A stretch of DNA of 64,000 nucleotides from Dehalococcoidia bacterium (GTDB taxonomy: Bacteria; Chloroflexota; Dehalococcoidia; SM23-28-2; RBG-16-64-32). The translations under genes and the position numbers were made by a program. The notes under the pieces were generated by a model, which saw only the letters and a program-made list of their open reading frames with translations, was not told where the DNA came from and made no database searches. The DNA is taken from NCBI GenBank assembly GCA_034432935.1, contig DAOUBD010000005.1, forward strand, positions 1,054-65,053, read 5' to 3'. Numbering within the stretch: the first letter of the stretch is position 1; each line of letters opens with the position of its first letter. This document shows positions 19,289-29,003 of the stretch, piece after piece.

Positions 19289-20482
19289 CTAGCCAGGCAG
19301 ACCGCCGTCCGGTGTGCCCATTGTAGCCGTACGCGCCCTAGGCGGCCAGAGCCCTATCACCCGCGCTTCCTCCAGGCCCCTGTATTGGATGAGAACCTTG
19401 ATGCGGCCTAGGCCAGCGGGGTCTATGAGCTCCAACGCCTGCCGCCTGCGGGCGTAATAGCCCTCCAGGCCGGCGTCGTCTTCTCCGGGCGGAGCCATGG
19501 CCTCACGAATACCCAGGTGGAGCAGGAACTCGCACTGGGTGAGGAGGCCTAGGGTGCTGAGGCCCGCTTCCTCGCCGGCCCTGCGGATACTGGTGAAGTC
19601 CACGTGGGCGGTGATATCCTGGCGCCCCAGGCGGACGTAGGGGTCTGTCGAAGGGTTGTGGCGGTAGAAGCACATCAGGGTGCCGCTCTTGCGCCAGGGC
19701 GCATACAGCTCTGGCGCCACGTAGCCATAGTCCATGGTGAGGAGGAAGCCGCGGCGTAAGGCCGCCGCCGCCTGGCGCACCCAGCGGACCGCGTCCAGGT
19801 TAACCTCGACGCAGCAGCCATCCTGGGGCCGGAGTCCCAGCCCTTGGAAGTAGGCTTCGATCTCGGGGGTCGAAGGCTCCCGCAGCTCTTCCTGGAAGCT
19901 GGAGCCGTCCCAGGTGACAAATATCTCGTAGAGGCGACCGCCCCTGGCGGCTACCCGGTGCACTGGCATAGAGTCCAGCAGCTCGTTGCTGAAGATGCAG
20001 CCGTCAACGTCCGAGGGCACGCTGTCTTGCCAGCGGACGTAGGGGCCGAGTCCGGCGGTTTCCAGCGTCTCCTTCTGGCGTTCCCGGAGGGCGGGGCTGG
20101 CCTCCACGATGGTGTAGGTGAGGGCATCTGCGAAGCCGGGGGCAGCCCGCCTGGCCCAGCGCAGGATGTCCAGACAGAGGGCGCCCGTGCCTGCGCCGGC
20201 CTCCACTGCCTGAAAGCGGGCCGGACGATCCAGGGCCGTCCACATGCCTAGGAGCTGACGGCCGAGCATGGCGCCGAAGAGGGGCCCGACCTCTGGACTC
20301 GTCAGATAGTCGCCCTGGCGGCCCATCTTCTCGCGGCGGGCGCAGTAGTAGCCCAGGCCCGGCTCGTAAAGGGCCATGGCCATGAACTCTCGGAAGGGGA
20401 TTCCATCCTCAGCCCGGATGCGCTGGATGATGCGTTCCTTCAGCACGGCGTTTTCGCCAGGGGGTTCAAACTCAGCGGCCAT
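19289..20482 (-). CDS. class I SAM-dependent methyltransferase, DUF185/NDUFAF7 (MidA)-like
   Basis: EAGAGTGALCLDIL SAM motif within a DUF185-like architecture, 397 aa. Confidence 0.6.
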   Translation of the reverse strand: MAAEFEPPGENAVLKERIIQRIRAEDGIPFREFMAMALYEPGLGYYCARREKMGRQGDYLTSPEVGPLFGAMLGRQLLGMWTALDRPARFQAVEAGAGTGALCLDILRWARRAAPGFADALTYTIVEASPALRERQKETLETAGLGPYVRWQDSVPSDVDGCIFSNELLDSMPVHRVAARGGRLYEIFVTWDGSSFQEELREPSTPEIEAYFQGLGLRPQDGCCVEVNLDAVRWVRQAAAALRRGFLLTMDYGYVAPELYAPWRKSGTLMCFYRHNPSTDPYVRLGRQDITAHVDFTSIRRAGEEAGLSTLGLLTQCEFLLHLGIREAMAPPGEDDAGLEGYYARRRQALELIDPAGLGRIKVLIQYRGLEEARVIGLWPPRARTATMGTPDGGLPG

Positions 20483-20565
20483 CGCCCATTATGGTATCAC
20501 CGGCCGCTGGCGCTGGGGCCGAGAGGGGTGGTAAGATGTTAGCATCGACGCAATAGTTGTAATGA

Positions 20566-21054
20566 GTGCAATCAATGTCCCAGGACGCAGAGCTGCGTAA
20601 CGAAGCCTTCCAGCTCTTTGGACGTCTCGTCGTCCGGTCCGACCCGTCACGCCTGGAGGCCTGGGTGGGGCTCGGCCTAACGCTAACGCAACTGCGGGTG
20701 CTTTTCATCCTGCGCATGGAGGACGGTCTCTCGGCGCGGGCGCTGGCGGAGCGCCTTGGGGTAACTCCTCCCACGCTAACCCGGATCATGGATCGTCTGG
20801 TGAGGCACCGGCTGGTGCGGCGGCAGGAGGACGGCGACGACCGGCGGCTGGTGCGCCACTACCTCTCGGAGTACGGGCGGCAGGCGGTGGAGGAGATGGA
20901 ACGGACGGGGCGGGCCAGGATGGACAGGGTGTTCGCCCGGCTGAACGATGATCAGGTCCGCCGGATTGTGGAGGCGTTGCGCGACCTGACGGCGGCGCAA
21001 GAGGCGCTGGAGCAGGAAGAGGCCGGGTGCTTGCGCCAGGAGACGAGGGCGTAG
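20566..21054 (+). CDS. MarR family transcriptional regulator
   Basis: Winged HTH (LTLTQLRVLFIL...LGVTPPTLTRIMDRLVRHRLVRR). Confidence 0.8.
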   Translation: MQSMSQDAELRNEAFQLFGRLVVRSDPSRLEAWVGLGLTLTQLRVLFILRMEDGLSARALAERLGVTPPTLTRIMDRLVRHRLVRRQEDGDDRRLVRHYLSEYGRQAVEEMERTGRARMDRVFARLNDDQVRRIVEALRDLTAAQEALEQEEAGCLRQETRA

Positions 21055-21055
21055 G

Positions 21056-22861
21056 ATGGCCGCCGGCAGTCAAACGATAGCTCCCATCTCGGACATGGGC
21101 ACCCGCACCAAGGTGGTGGTCATGGCCGGGACCCTCCTTGGCCTCTTCACGGCGGCGATGGACCAGACGGTGGTCGGCACCTCCATGCCACGGATCATCG
21201 CAGACCTCGGAGGCTTCGGTCTGTTCAGTTGGGTGGGTACCGGCTTCATGTTGGCCTCCACGACCACAGTGCCGGTAGTCGGCAAGCTGACGGACCTCTA
21301 CGGGCGAAAACCCTTTTACATGCTGGGGATTGCCGTACTCATCGGTGGGTCGGCGCTGGCTGGCTCGTCCCAGAACGTAGAACAGCTCATCGCCTTTCGT
21401 GTCGTCCAGGGGCTGGGCGCCGGGATGATCATGGGCATCGCCTTCGCCATCGTGGGGGACGTCTTCCCCCCGGCGGAGCGTGGCCGCTGGGCCGGCCTGA
21501 TGTCCGGCACCTTCGCCTCCGCCAGCGTCATCGGGCCGCTGCTCGGCGGCACCCTGACGGACCACGTGCACTGGCGCTGGGTGTTCTACGTGAACCTGCC
21601 TTTGGGCTCGCTGGCGCTGCTGGTGCTCCTCCTGGGGATGCCGAATATCCGCCCTGCGACGCGGCCGCAACTCGACTATCGGGGCATCCTCTGTCTAGTG
21701 GCCACGGTGGTGCCGCTCCTTCTTGCCCTGTCGTGGGCGGGCAGCCGGTATCCCTGGATCTCGCCGCAGGTGATCGGATTCTTGGCGTGGGCGGCCTTGG
21801 GGCTGGTGTTGTTCACCTGGGCGGAGCTGCGGACGTCGGATCCCGTGCTGCCCATGTCGTTCTTCCGCAACCGGGTTTTTGCCGTCTCGGCCCTGGTGAC
21901 GTTGATCAGCGGGTTTGGGATGTTCGGCAGCCTATTCTACATCCCGCTTTTCGTACAAGGCGTGATCGGCAAATCGGCCACCAACTCGGGCATCGTCACC
22001 ATGCCCATGATGATCGCCATGGCGATATCCAGCGCCATCGCAGGTCAGATCATGTCGCGCTCCGGACGCTACAGAATACTGGGCGTCCTTGGCATGGCAG
22101 TGATCGTGGCCGGCTTCGTTGTGCTTTCGCGGTTGGATGTGCACTCCACGAGCCGGGACGCGACGATGGGCATGGTGATCCTGGGGGCTGGATTCGGTAC
22201 CTCGATACCCATCTTCATGCTAGCCGTGCAGAACGCTGTGCCCTACAGGTACATGGGGATATCGACATCCAGCATCCAGTTCCTGCGCTCCGTAGGCGGC
22301 ACCATGGGGGTTGCCGTAATGTTTTCCCTCATCCAGGCGCAGTACCACGATGGCCTGCGGGCCAACGTGCCTGCCGTCGTGCAGGAGCAGCCACAGCTCA
22401 GCAAGGCCTTGAACGACCCTCAGTTCCTGCTGAACGCCGAGGCTTACGGCAGGGTGCAGCAGGCGTTCCAGGGCTTCGGGGCCCAGGGCCAGGCGATATT
22501 CGACCAGACGATCAACGCCGTCAAGGTGTCGCTATCTTCGGCCATCACGGAGGCTTTCTTCGCCTCCGTCTTCATCATGGCTGCTGCGGCAGTGGTCGCC
22601 GCCTTCATGAAGGAGATCCCCCTCCGCAAGTTCCATTACCTGGAGGCGGAGGGCGGCGTGCGGGACGAACTCGCCCCACAGGCGCCGCAGGTGGCAGCCG
22701 GGCCCGTGGCCAGCCTGCCGGATGCGGCCAAGATGCAGCCGTCGGGGCGCGAGGGCCCTGGTGGCCTCCTGGCCGGTGGCCCCGGCGTCCGGCTGCTGGC
22801 GTTAGGCGCGGCCGTTAGCCTGCTGGCGGTGCTGGTCGTGCGGCTTGTCCGTCGCCTCTAG
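21056..22861 (+). CDS. MFS transporter, DHA2 (14-TMS drug:H+ antiporter) type
   Basis: 601 aa, multiple TM segments and MFS motifs. Starts 2 bp after the marR stop. Confidence 0.8.
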   Translation: MAAGSQTIAPISDMGTRTKVVVMAGTLLGLFTAAMDQTVVGTSMPRIIADLGGFGLFSWVGTGFMLASTTTVPVVGKLTDLYGRKPFYMLGIAVLIGGSALAGSSQNVEQLIAFRVVQGLGAGMIMGIAFAIVGDVFPPAERGRWAGLMSGTFASASVIGPLLGGTLTDHVHWRWVFYVNLPLGSLALLVLLLGMPNIRPATRPQLDYRGILCLVATVVPLLLALSWAGSRYPWISPQVIGFLAWAALGLVLFTWAELRTSDPVLPMSFFRNRVFAVSALVTLISGFGMFGSLFYIPLFVQGVIGKSATNSGIVTMPMMIAMAISSAIAGQIMSRSGRYRILGVLGMAVIVAGFVVLSRLDVHSTSRDATMGMVILGAGFGTSIPIFMLAVQNAVPYRYMGISTSSIQFLRSVGGTMGVAVMFSLIQAQYHDGLRANVPAVVQEQPQLSKALNDPQFLLNAEAYGRVQQAFQGFGAQGQAIFDQTINAVKVSLSSAITEAFFASVFIMAAAAVVAAFMKEIPLRKFHYLEAEGGVRDELAPQAPQVAAGPVASLPDAAKMQPSGREGPGGLLAGGPGVRLLALGAAVSLLAVLVVRLVRRL

Positions 22862-22949
22862 TCGCTCCGACCTGTTCGGGCGGCGTTGGAAGGCCGGCCC
22901 GTTTGCCGGAGGCCCGGTCTTGATGGTTTGATGGTCTCTGAAGCGTGCC

Positions 22950-23648
22950 ATGGACCTTATCTGGGATGGCGTCAAGGAGGCCGTCCGCCTCGTCTTTACC
23001 GGCAACGGTTACGTTTACGAGGTGACCTTCACGTCGCTCCTCGTCTCGGGAGCGGCCACGGGCATCGCCGTGGTGGTGGGCCTGGGGCTAGCGTCGCTCC
23101 TCGCCTTCTCGTCGCCGCCGGGGCGCACGGCAGCGATAGGGGTGCTGAATACAGGCATGGCCCTGCCCCCGGTGGTCGTGGGCCTCTTCGTCGCGGTGAT
23201 GTTATGGCGGACGGGGCCCTTCGGACAGCTGCACCTCCTGTACACCCGCTGGGCCATCATCATCGCCCAGGCCATCATCGCCACGCCTGTGGTCACGGCC
23301 CTGGCCGTCGCCGCCCTTCAGAGCCTGCACCCGCGCCTGCGGTTGCAAGTCCTCGCCCTGGGGGCGTCCCGCTGGCAGGCGGCCTGGCTTCTGTTTAGAG
23401 AGGCGCGCCAGTCTCTCATGGCCGCCGTTATCGCCGGCTTCGGGGCCGCCATCTCAGAGGTAGGGGCCACCATCATGGTAGGCGGCAACATAAAGGGGGA
23501 GACTCGCACCCTGACATCGGCTGCCGTCCTGGAGGTGTCGCAGGGGCATCTGGAGACGGCGATGGCGCTATCGTTCATCCTCCTGGCGGTCATCTTTCTC
23601 GTGATCCTCTCCTTCACCCTGGTGCAGCAACGGAGGCCCCGTCCTTGA
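22950..23648 (+). CDS. ABC transporter permease, molybdate/tungstate (ModB/TupB-like)
   Basis: ~6-TM permease of 232 aa, assigned by similarity to tungstate/molybdate permeases. Overlaps the downstream ATPase. Confidence 0.6.
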   Translation: MDLIWDGVKEAVRLVFTGNGYVYEVTFTSLLVSGAATGIAVVVGLGLASLLAFSSPPGRTAAIGVLNTGMALPPVVVGLFVAVMLWRTGPFGQLHLLYTRWAIIIAQAIIATPVVTALAVAALQSLHPRLRLQVLALGASRWQAAWLLFREARQSLMAAVIAGFGAAISEVGATIMVGGNIKGETRTLTSAAVLEVSQGHLETAMALSFILLAVIFLVILSFTLVQQRRPRP

Positions 23649-24751
23649 TGGCGCCTCGTTTGGGTCTGAGGGGCGTGCGGGTGTCCTGGAGCGGGCGCAG
23701 CATCCTCGAGGTGGATTCCCTGGACGTCTTTCCAGGCGAGGTTTTGGCTGTGGTGGGTCCCAACGGGGCCGGCAAGAGCACCCTCTTGCAAGTCATGGCA
23801 CTGCTGCAACGCCCAGGCCAAGGGCAGGTGCTGTTCGATGGCCAGCCGGCCAGGCCGGGTTCGCTGGGGCTCCGCCGGCGGATGGCGATGGTTTTCCAGG
23901 AGCCTTTGTTGCTGGGGGGAACAGTCGGATACAACGTCTGCTGCGGGCTGGCGATGCGGGGGGTGCCGCGGGGTGAGCAGGAGCGGCGGGCGGCGCTCTG
24001 GCTGGAGCGCTTCGGTGTGGCCCACCTGGCCGGCCGGTCTGTGCGGTCGCTCTCCGGTGGCGAGGCGCAGCGGGTAAGCCTGGCCCGGGCCCTGGCGCTG
24101 GAGCCGGAGGTGTTGCTCCTGGACGAGCCCTTCGCGGCCCTGGACGCGCCCACCCGCGGTCTCCTGATGGACGACCTGGACCAGGTGCTGGCGGAGCGCG
24201 GGACGACCACCGTGTTCGTGACCCACGACCGCAACGAGGCGCTGCGCCTGGGGGACAGGGTGGCGGTGCTCATGGGCGGCCGCGTCAGGCAGTGCGGGAC
24301 GCCCTCGGACGTTTTCGCCGCCCCGGCGGACGCCGAGGTGGCGGCTTTCGTGGGTGTCGAGACCATCGTCTCGGGGCAGGTGCGGGAGGTCAGCCAGGGG
24401 CTGGCGCTGGTGGACGTCTGCGGCAGAACAGTGGAGGCGCCGGCAGCCAGCGGGCCCGGGTCCGGCGTCCTGGTCTGCTTGCGGCCTGAGGATGTGGTGT
24501 TGGAAGCGCCGGCGGAGGGCGTAGCTCACAGCAGCGCCCGCAACCGCTTGCCGGCGGTGGTGCGCCGGGCCCTGCCCGCCGGACCCCTCGTCCGGGTGGA
24601 GCTGGACGCGGGTTTTCCGCTGGTGGCCCTGGTCACGAGACAATCAGCTGGCGAGCTGGCCTTGGCCCCTGGCGCGTCTGTGGTGGCATCCTTCAAGGCG
24701 ACGGCGGTGCACCTCATACCGCGGCGCCGGGAAGGCGCCCGCGGTGGCTAA
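23645..24751 (+). CDS. ABC transporter ATP-binding protein with C-terminal TOBE domain (ModC-like)
   Basis: Walker A GPNGAGKST, LSGGEAQR signature and a C-terminal TOBE-like domain. Confidence 0.75.
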   Translation: MMAPRLGLRGVRVSWSGRSILEVDSLDVFPGEVLAVVGPNGAGKSTLLQVMALLQRPGQGQVLFDGQPARPGSLGLRRRMAMVFQEPLLLGGTVGYNVCCGLAMRGVPRGEQERRAALWLERFGVAHLAGRSVRSLSGGEAQRVSLARALALEPEVLLLDEPFAALDAPTRGLLMDDLDQVLAERGTTTVFVTHDRNEALRLGDRVAVLMGGRVRQCGTPSDVFAAPADAEVAAFVGVETIVSGQVREVSQGLALVDVCGRTVEAPAASGPGSGVLVCLRPEDVVLEAPAEGVAHSSARNRLPAVVRRALPAGPLVRVELDAGFPLVALVTRQSAGELALAPGASVVASFKATAVHLIPRRREGARGG

Positions 24752-25479
24752 GGCGACGGCGACGGGAGCTTGGCCAGGAGCCTCAGGTCGTTGCTGATGA
24801 TCCCTTCGGCCCCCAGCTCTAGGAGACGCCGGGCCTCGTCGAGGTCGTCAACCGTCCAACAGTAGGCGCCGATGCGCCGCTCCGCCAGGAAGCGAAGCCT
24901 CTTCTCCGTGGCCAAGCGATGGTGCATGCAGAGCCCTCTTGTGGCCCTGTTGCCCTCGATCATGCGCCTGACTATCGCCCATTGGCTCCGGTGCTCGACT
25001 GAGTAGCGGACCTCGAGGCGTGGCGCCACCTCTCGCACACGGTCCAACACGCCGTATACCTGTCCGCAGACGGCCACCCACGTCTGAGCCCCATACTCCG
25101 TGATGCGGGCGGCAAGCGTGCTGGCGAAAGCGGCGGTCTGCCGCCCGTTATAGTGGCCCTTCACGTCCAGTAACAGCCGTTTCTTGCCCGCCGTGGCCCG
25201 CAGGAGGCCGGCCAGCTTCAAGGGCGGGAATTCCGGCCTCAGGTAGTAGCCCCGCCACAGCGCCAGGCTGAGGGGGAGCAAACGGTGCCCGGCCATCTGC
25301 TTGTCCATCAGCAGCGGCAGGAAGCCCAGCCGGCGCTCGTGCCGCACCCAGATGTCCCCAGCGCGATACCAGATGTCGGCCTCGATGACGTCAATGTCAG
25401 CGGCCAGGGCGCGCCTAAGGAGCCCCGGGTTGTTGCCATAGGCGTGGGCGATGCGCACAGGGCGGAGGGTCTCTCCCAT
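24748..25479 (-). CDS. glycerophosphodiester phosphodiesterase family protein
   Basis: N-terminal IAHAYG...EADIW motif typical of GDPD, 243 aa. Confidence 0.5.
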   Translation of the reverse strand: MGETLRPVRIAHAYGNNPGLLRRALAADIDVIEADIWYRAGDIWVRHERRLGFLPLLMDKQMAGHRLLPLSLALWRGYYLRPEFPPLKLAGLLRATAGKKRLLLDVKGHYNGRQTAAFASTLAARITEYGAQTWVAVCGQVYGVLDRVREVAPRLEVRYSVEHRSQWAIVRRMIEGNRATRGLCMHHRLATEKRLRFLAERRIGAYCWTVDDLDEARRLLELGAEGIISNDLRLLAKLPSPSP

Positions 25480-25496
25480 CTCCCGAGGCGTTGGTG

Positions 25497-25970
25497 CTAG
25501 CGGGCCCGGGCAGCCTCCGAGGCGATGCGCTGAAGCTGCTGGGCGCGGAGCCGGTATTGGGCCGCCGCCATCGCCAATATCTGGCGAAGCGTGTAGGTGG
25601 TGCCATCCTCCGCTGTAGCGGTGCGCTCCAGGTCGGCGGGGACGAGGTCGTGCAGCAGGTTAGTGAAGCGCCGGTGGGCAACTTGCAGCGATATCTTGGC
25701 CTCTCGCAAGGAGAGGAAGTCCGCCTTCTCCAAGCACGGGGGCTGGGGCAGCTTCAGGGCCCGGGCCGCCAGGCGCCCGTAGTAGAAGTTGACCTCATCG
25801 GAGGTGCGTTCCAGAATGCTGCGCACGGAGTCGCCGTTCGCCGCCGCCCGGTCATAGACCGCGGGGTCGCAGACCTCCAGCGCCTCCATGAGGGCGTCCC
25901 TGGAGTCCTCCAGACGGCGGAGGAGCTCTTCGAGTTCGAAGGCCGGCTCGGAGTTTCCCTCGGTGCTCAT
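25497..25970 (-). CDS. DinB/DUF664-family four-helix-bundle protein
   Basis: Weak similarity only, 157 aa. Confidence 0.4.
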   Translation of the reverse strand: MSTEGNSEPAFELEELLRRLEDSRDALMEALEVCDPAVYDRAAANGDSVRSILERTSDEVNFYYGRLAARALKLPQPPCLEKADFLSLREAKISLQVAHRRFTNLLHDLVPADLERTATAEDGTTYTLRQILAMAAAQYRLRAQQLQRIASEAARAR

Positions 25971-26098
25971 CGGAATACTACCTCCAGGGGCTAGGAGCGC
26001 TACAAGGCCATCCCTCTCGCAAGGAACTGAGGGCGCATCAGGTCCGTCCCGTGACGGCTACCAGTATATGAGCGCCTCCAAAGGGCGGCAAGCCAGCG

Positions 26099-26623
26099 TC
26101 AGGGCGGCGTTGGCGCAGACCGGATGCGGGTGCCCTGCTTCTTGAGGATGCGGGTGCTGAACAGGACATCGTGGGGAAGGCCTTCCAGGCCGGCCTCGCG
26201 GTTGATCTCCTGGACCTTGTGCAGCACCTCCTCCTGGGACATGCCGTGGACCATGGCGAACAAGTTGTAGGGCCAGCCAGGCCGGCGTGGCCGCCGGTAA
26301 CAGTGGGTGATCTCCGTCCGTTGCCCCAACCTCGCTCCAACCTCTGATACCCGCTCGTCGGGCACGTCCCACACGGCCATGCCGTTATACCTGACGCCCA
26401 GGGCATAGTGGTTGGGCACCGCCGCCAGGCGCTTGATGATGCGGCGATCCAGGAGAGAGCGCAGCATCGCCAGGACCTCCCCCTCGCCAGTACCCAGTTG
26501 TTCAGCGATCTCCTTCCAGGGCTCGGGGACCAGGGGTATCCCCTCCTGGACGATAAGGAGGAGCTGTCGCTCCAACGGGCTGATGGCAGCCTCCGTACCC
26601 ACGCCTTCCCCCTGTTCCGTCAT
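26099..26623 (-). CDS. Lrp/AsnC-like siroheme decarboxylase subunit (AhbB/NirDLGH-like)
   Basis: Lrp/AsnC-like N-terminal HTH plus a C-terminal domain with ITHCYRRP...YNLFAMVH. It is tandem with, and overlaps, its paralog. Confidence 0.5.
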   Translation of the reverse strand: MTEQGEGVGTEAAISPLERQLLLIVQEGIPLVPEPWKEIAEQLGTGEGEVLAMLRSLLDRRIIKRLAAVPNHYALGVRYNGMAVWDVPDERVSEVGARLGQRTEITHCYRRPRRPGWPYNLFAMVHGMSQEEVLHKVQEINREAGLEGLPHDVLFSTRILKKQGTRIRSAPTPP

Positions 26624-27130
26624 CCCTGGTGTCCCGTAGCGCCGTTCTCGTCAGCGTCCGGCAGCTCGTAGTAGAACTCGACGCGGTATTCCTCCAGGGT
26701 CGGGAGGTTGAGGACCTCGAGGCCAGTCTCCCTCTCGATCTCGCTGATGACGCGCTGCACCGCCTGTGGGTCTTCCGAGGATACGACGAACCACAGGTTG
26801 TAGTGGTGGGTGCGCTCGTAGTTGTGAGAGATCTCCGGGTGGCGGTTGATGGCGGCGATGACCTCGTCCAGCCGTTCGGGGGGTGCGGCCACGGCGGCCA
26901 GGGTGCGCTCTCCCCCCAACTGGGGCGCGTTGAGGATGGCGCCCAGGCGTGTCAGGCCCCCTTCGTCCAGCAGGCGGCGCAGGCGGCGTATCACATCTTC
27001 CTCGGTCGTCCCGACGGCGCGGGCGGCCTCCAGATACGGGCGCGGCGTGAGGGGTATGCCCCTCTGGAGCAGGTTTATGAGGCGCCGGTCGCTGCTATCC
27101 AGATACACCGCGTCATCGATCCTCTGGCGC
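26620..27130 (-). CDS. Lrp/AsnC-like siroheme decarboxylase subunit (AhbA/NirDLGH-like)
   Basis: Contains ISHNYERTHHYNLWFVV. The longest ORF (to 27219) overlaps the acyl-CoA dehydrogenase stop, so the true start is probably internal with a non-ATG codon. Confidence 0.5.
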
Positions 27131-27136
27131 GTGTTG

Positions 27137-28911
27137 TCATACCGAGGCGGGCAGGGCCTCTGGCGGCAGCGGCTGATAGCGGGTGATGGGGGCGAAGAGG
27201 TCCAGCACGGAACGGTCATCGCTGATGGCCCGCATGGGGCCGCTGCGGGCTGCCAGGAGCCGGTCCCGAATGAAGAAGCGGGCGACGGCGGCCTTGCGGG
27301 CTGAGCCTGTCTTCCGCATCTCCTCCTGGGCGGCTTCCAAGAGGAGCGACGCCTGCGTGAGGTCCGAGAGGAAGGATGTCACGCGCCGGGCGTGGAGCTG
27401 CCGCAGGTCGGCGTCTGCTCTAGCCAGGAAGAGGATCATCTCTTGGGCATCGCGCCGGGCCTGGAGCACAGCGTCCTTGAGTTGGGCCAGCGCCGGGTGC
27501 TCGACGCCTGCGAGCGCCCGGTCTACGCGGTCCAGGAGGGCGTCGTGGGCGTTCTCCTTGGCCATGGAGCGCAGGACGTCCAGGCAGATGATGTTCTCGG
27601 TGCCCTCCCAGATGGTGTGGCATTGGGCGTCCCGCAGTTGGCGGGCCGTGGGCCAGGTCTCGACGTAGCCGTTGCCGCCGAGGATTTCCACGGCCTGGCT
27701 GGCCAGCTCCAGGCCGCCGCGGGCGCCCCGGAACTTGGCCAGGGGCACCAGGATGCGGTAGAGGCGGCGGCCCTTTTCGTCTCCGGTGGCCCCGGCTAGG
27801 GAGGCGGCCTCGAAGACCATGGCGGAGGCGCCCTCCAAGGCCACCACCATCTGAACCAGCGTCTCCTGAACCATCGGCAGCTCATCCAGGCGCCGGCCGA
27901 AGGCCGTGCGGTGGGCCGCGTAGATGGCGGCTTCCAGGAAGGAGCGCCGCATGATGCCCAGCCCCATGGTGGCCACCCCCAGGCGCGACCCGTTCACCAT
28001 GCTCATCATGCGGTTGAGGCCCCGTGCCTCGGAGCCGGCGTCGCGGTTAGGGTTGCTCAGGATGTAGGCCTCTGCATCGATGAAATCGACCTCGGCCGTG
28101 GGCACCGAGCGCGTCCCCAGCTTGTCCTTCAGCCGCTTGATGCGGATGCCGTTGCGGGTGCCGTCGGCGCGCTCCGCGGGCACCAGGAAGAGGGCCAGGC
28201 CCCGCACTCCCGCCTCGGCCCCCTCGGGGCGCGCCAGGGTGGCGATGGCCTTGGCGTCAACGTTGGAGCAGAACCACTTGGACCCGTTGAGCAACCAGCG
28301 GTCGCCGTCCCGGCGGGCCACCGTCTCGCTGGTGCCGAGATCAGAACCGCCGCGGATCTCCGTCATGAACATGGCTCCATCCCAGGAGCCGTCGAAGGTG
28401 GGCGATTGGAGGTGTGGCAGCACCCTCTCCTTGATCTCCGGCGAGCCCCAGCGCGAGACCAGGAGCTCGACGCCGCTAGTCATCCCCGTAGCGCACACCA
28501 TGCCGGTGTCGCATTGACTGAGAAGGTAAGTGAAGGCCGAGCCTAGTACTGTGGGGATGGGCTTGCCCCGGCGCGCCGATAGCCCCTGGGGCCCTTCGTT
28601 CCATATGTCGCGCTTGCTCTCGATGGCGTCAGGGTGGTGAACGATGGTGCAGACCTCGTTGCCCCAGGCGTCGTAGCGCTCCAGGCGCGGCGGGTTGCGG
28701 TCGATCACCTCCGCCCGGCGCGCCAGGGGCCCGCCACAGAGTTCGCCCCAGCGCACCAGCGTCTCCTCGGCCCACTCTCTGTCTTCGGCCCCGATGTACC
28801 GGTCCGCTATGTCCCGCAGGTTGGGGTCGATGAGGTACCAGTTGAGTCCTATGGCGGACTCAAAGCTGCTATAGTCGATGCCCTCGCCGTTGCTCCTAAG
28901 CCTATCCATTG
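27137..28911 (-). CDS. acyl-CoA dehydrogenase family protein (AidB-like, long N-terminal domain)
   Basis: ACAD middle and C-terminal domains (GTSETV..., GGNGYVETWP). The start is taken at MDRLRSNG. Confidence 0.7.
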
Positions 28912-29003
28912 TGGCTCTCCTCTCTCTCTCTGCTGCCAGGTTGGTGGTGCGTCCCCTTCCGACTAGTATAGCGCCTGCGATGCCGGGACGCCGGCGCCCG
29001 CCG

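Noticed and set aside
21229-22818. 529-aa plus-strand ORF overlapping the MFS transporter in another frame
   Set aside because: The MFS frame (21056..22861) yields 14 coherent hydrophobic TM segments and MFS motifs, while this frame is Arg/Gly/His-rich nonsense.
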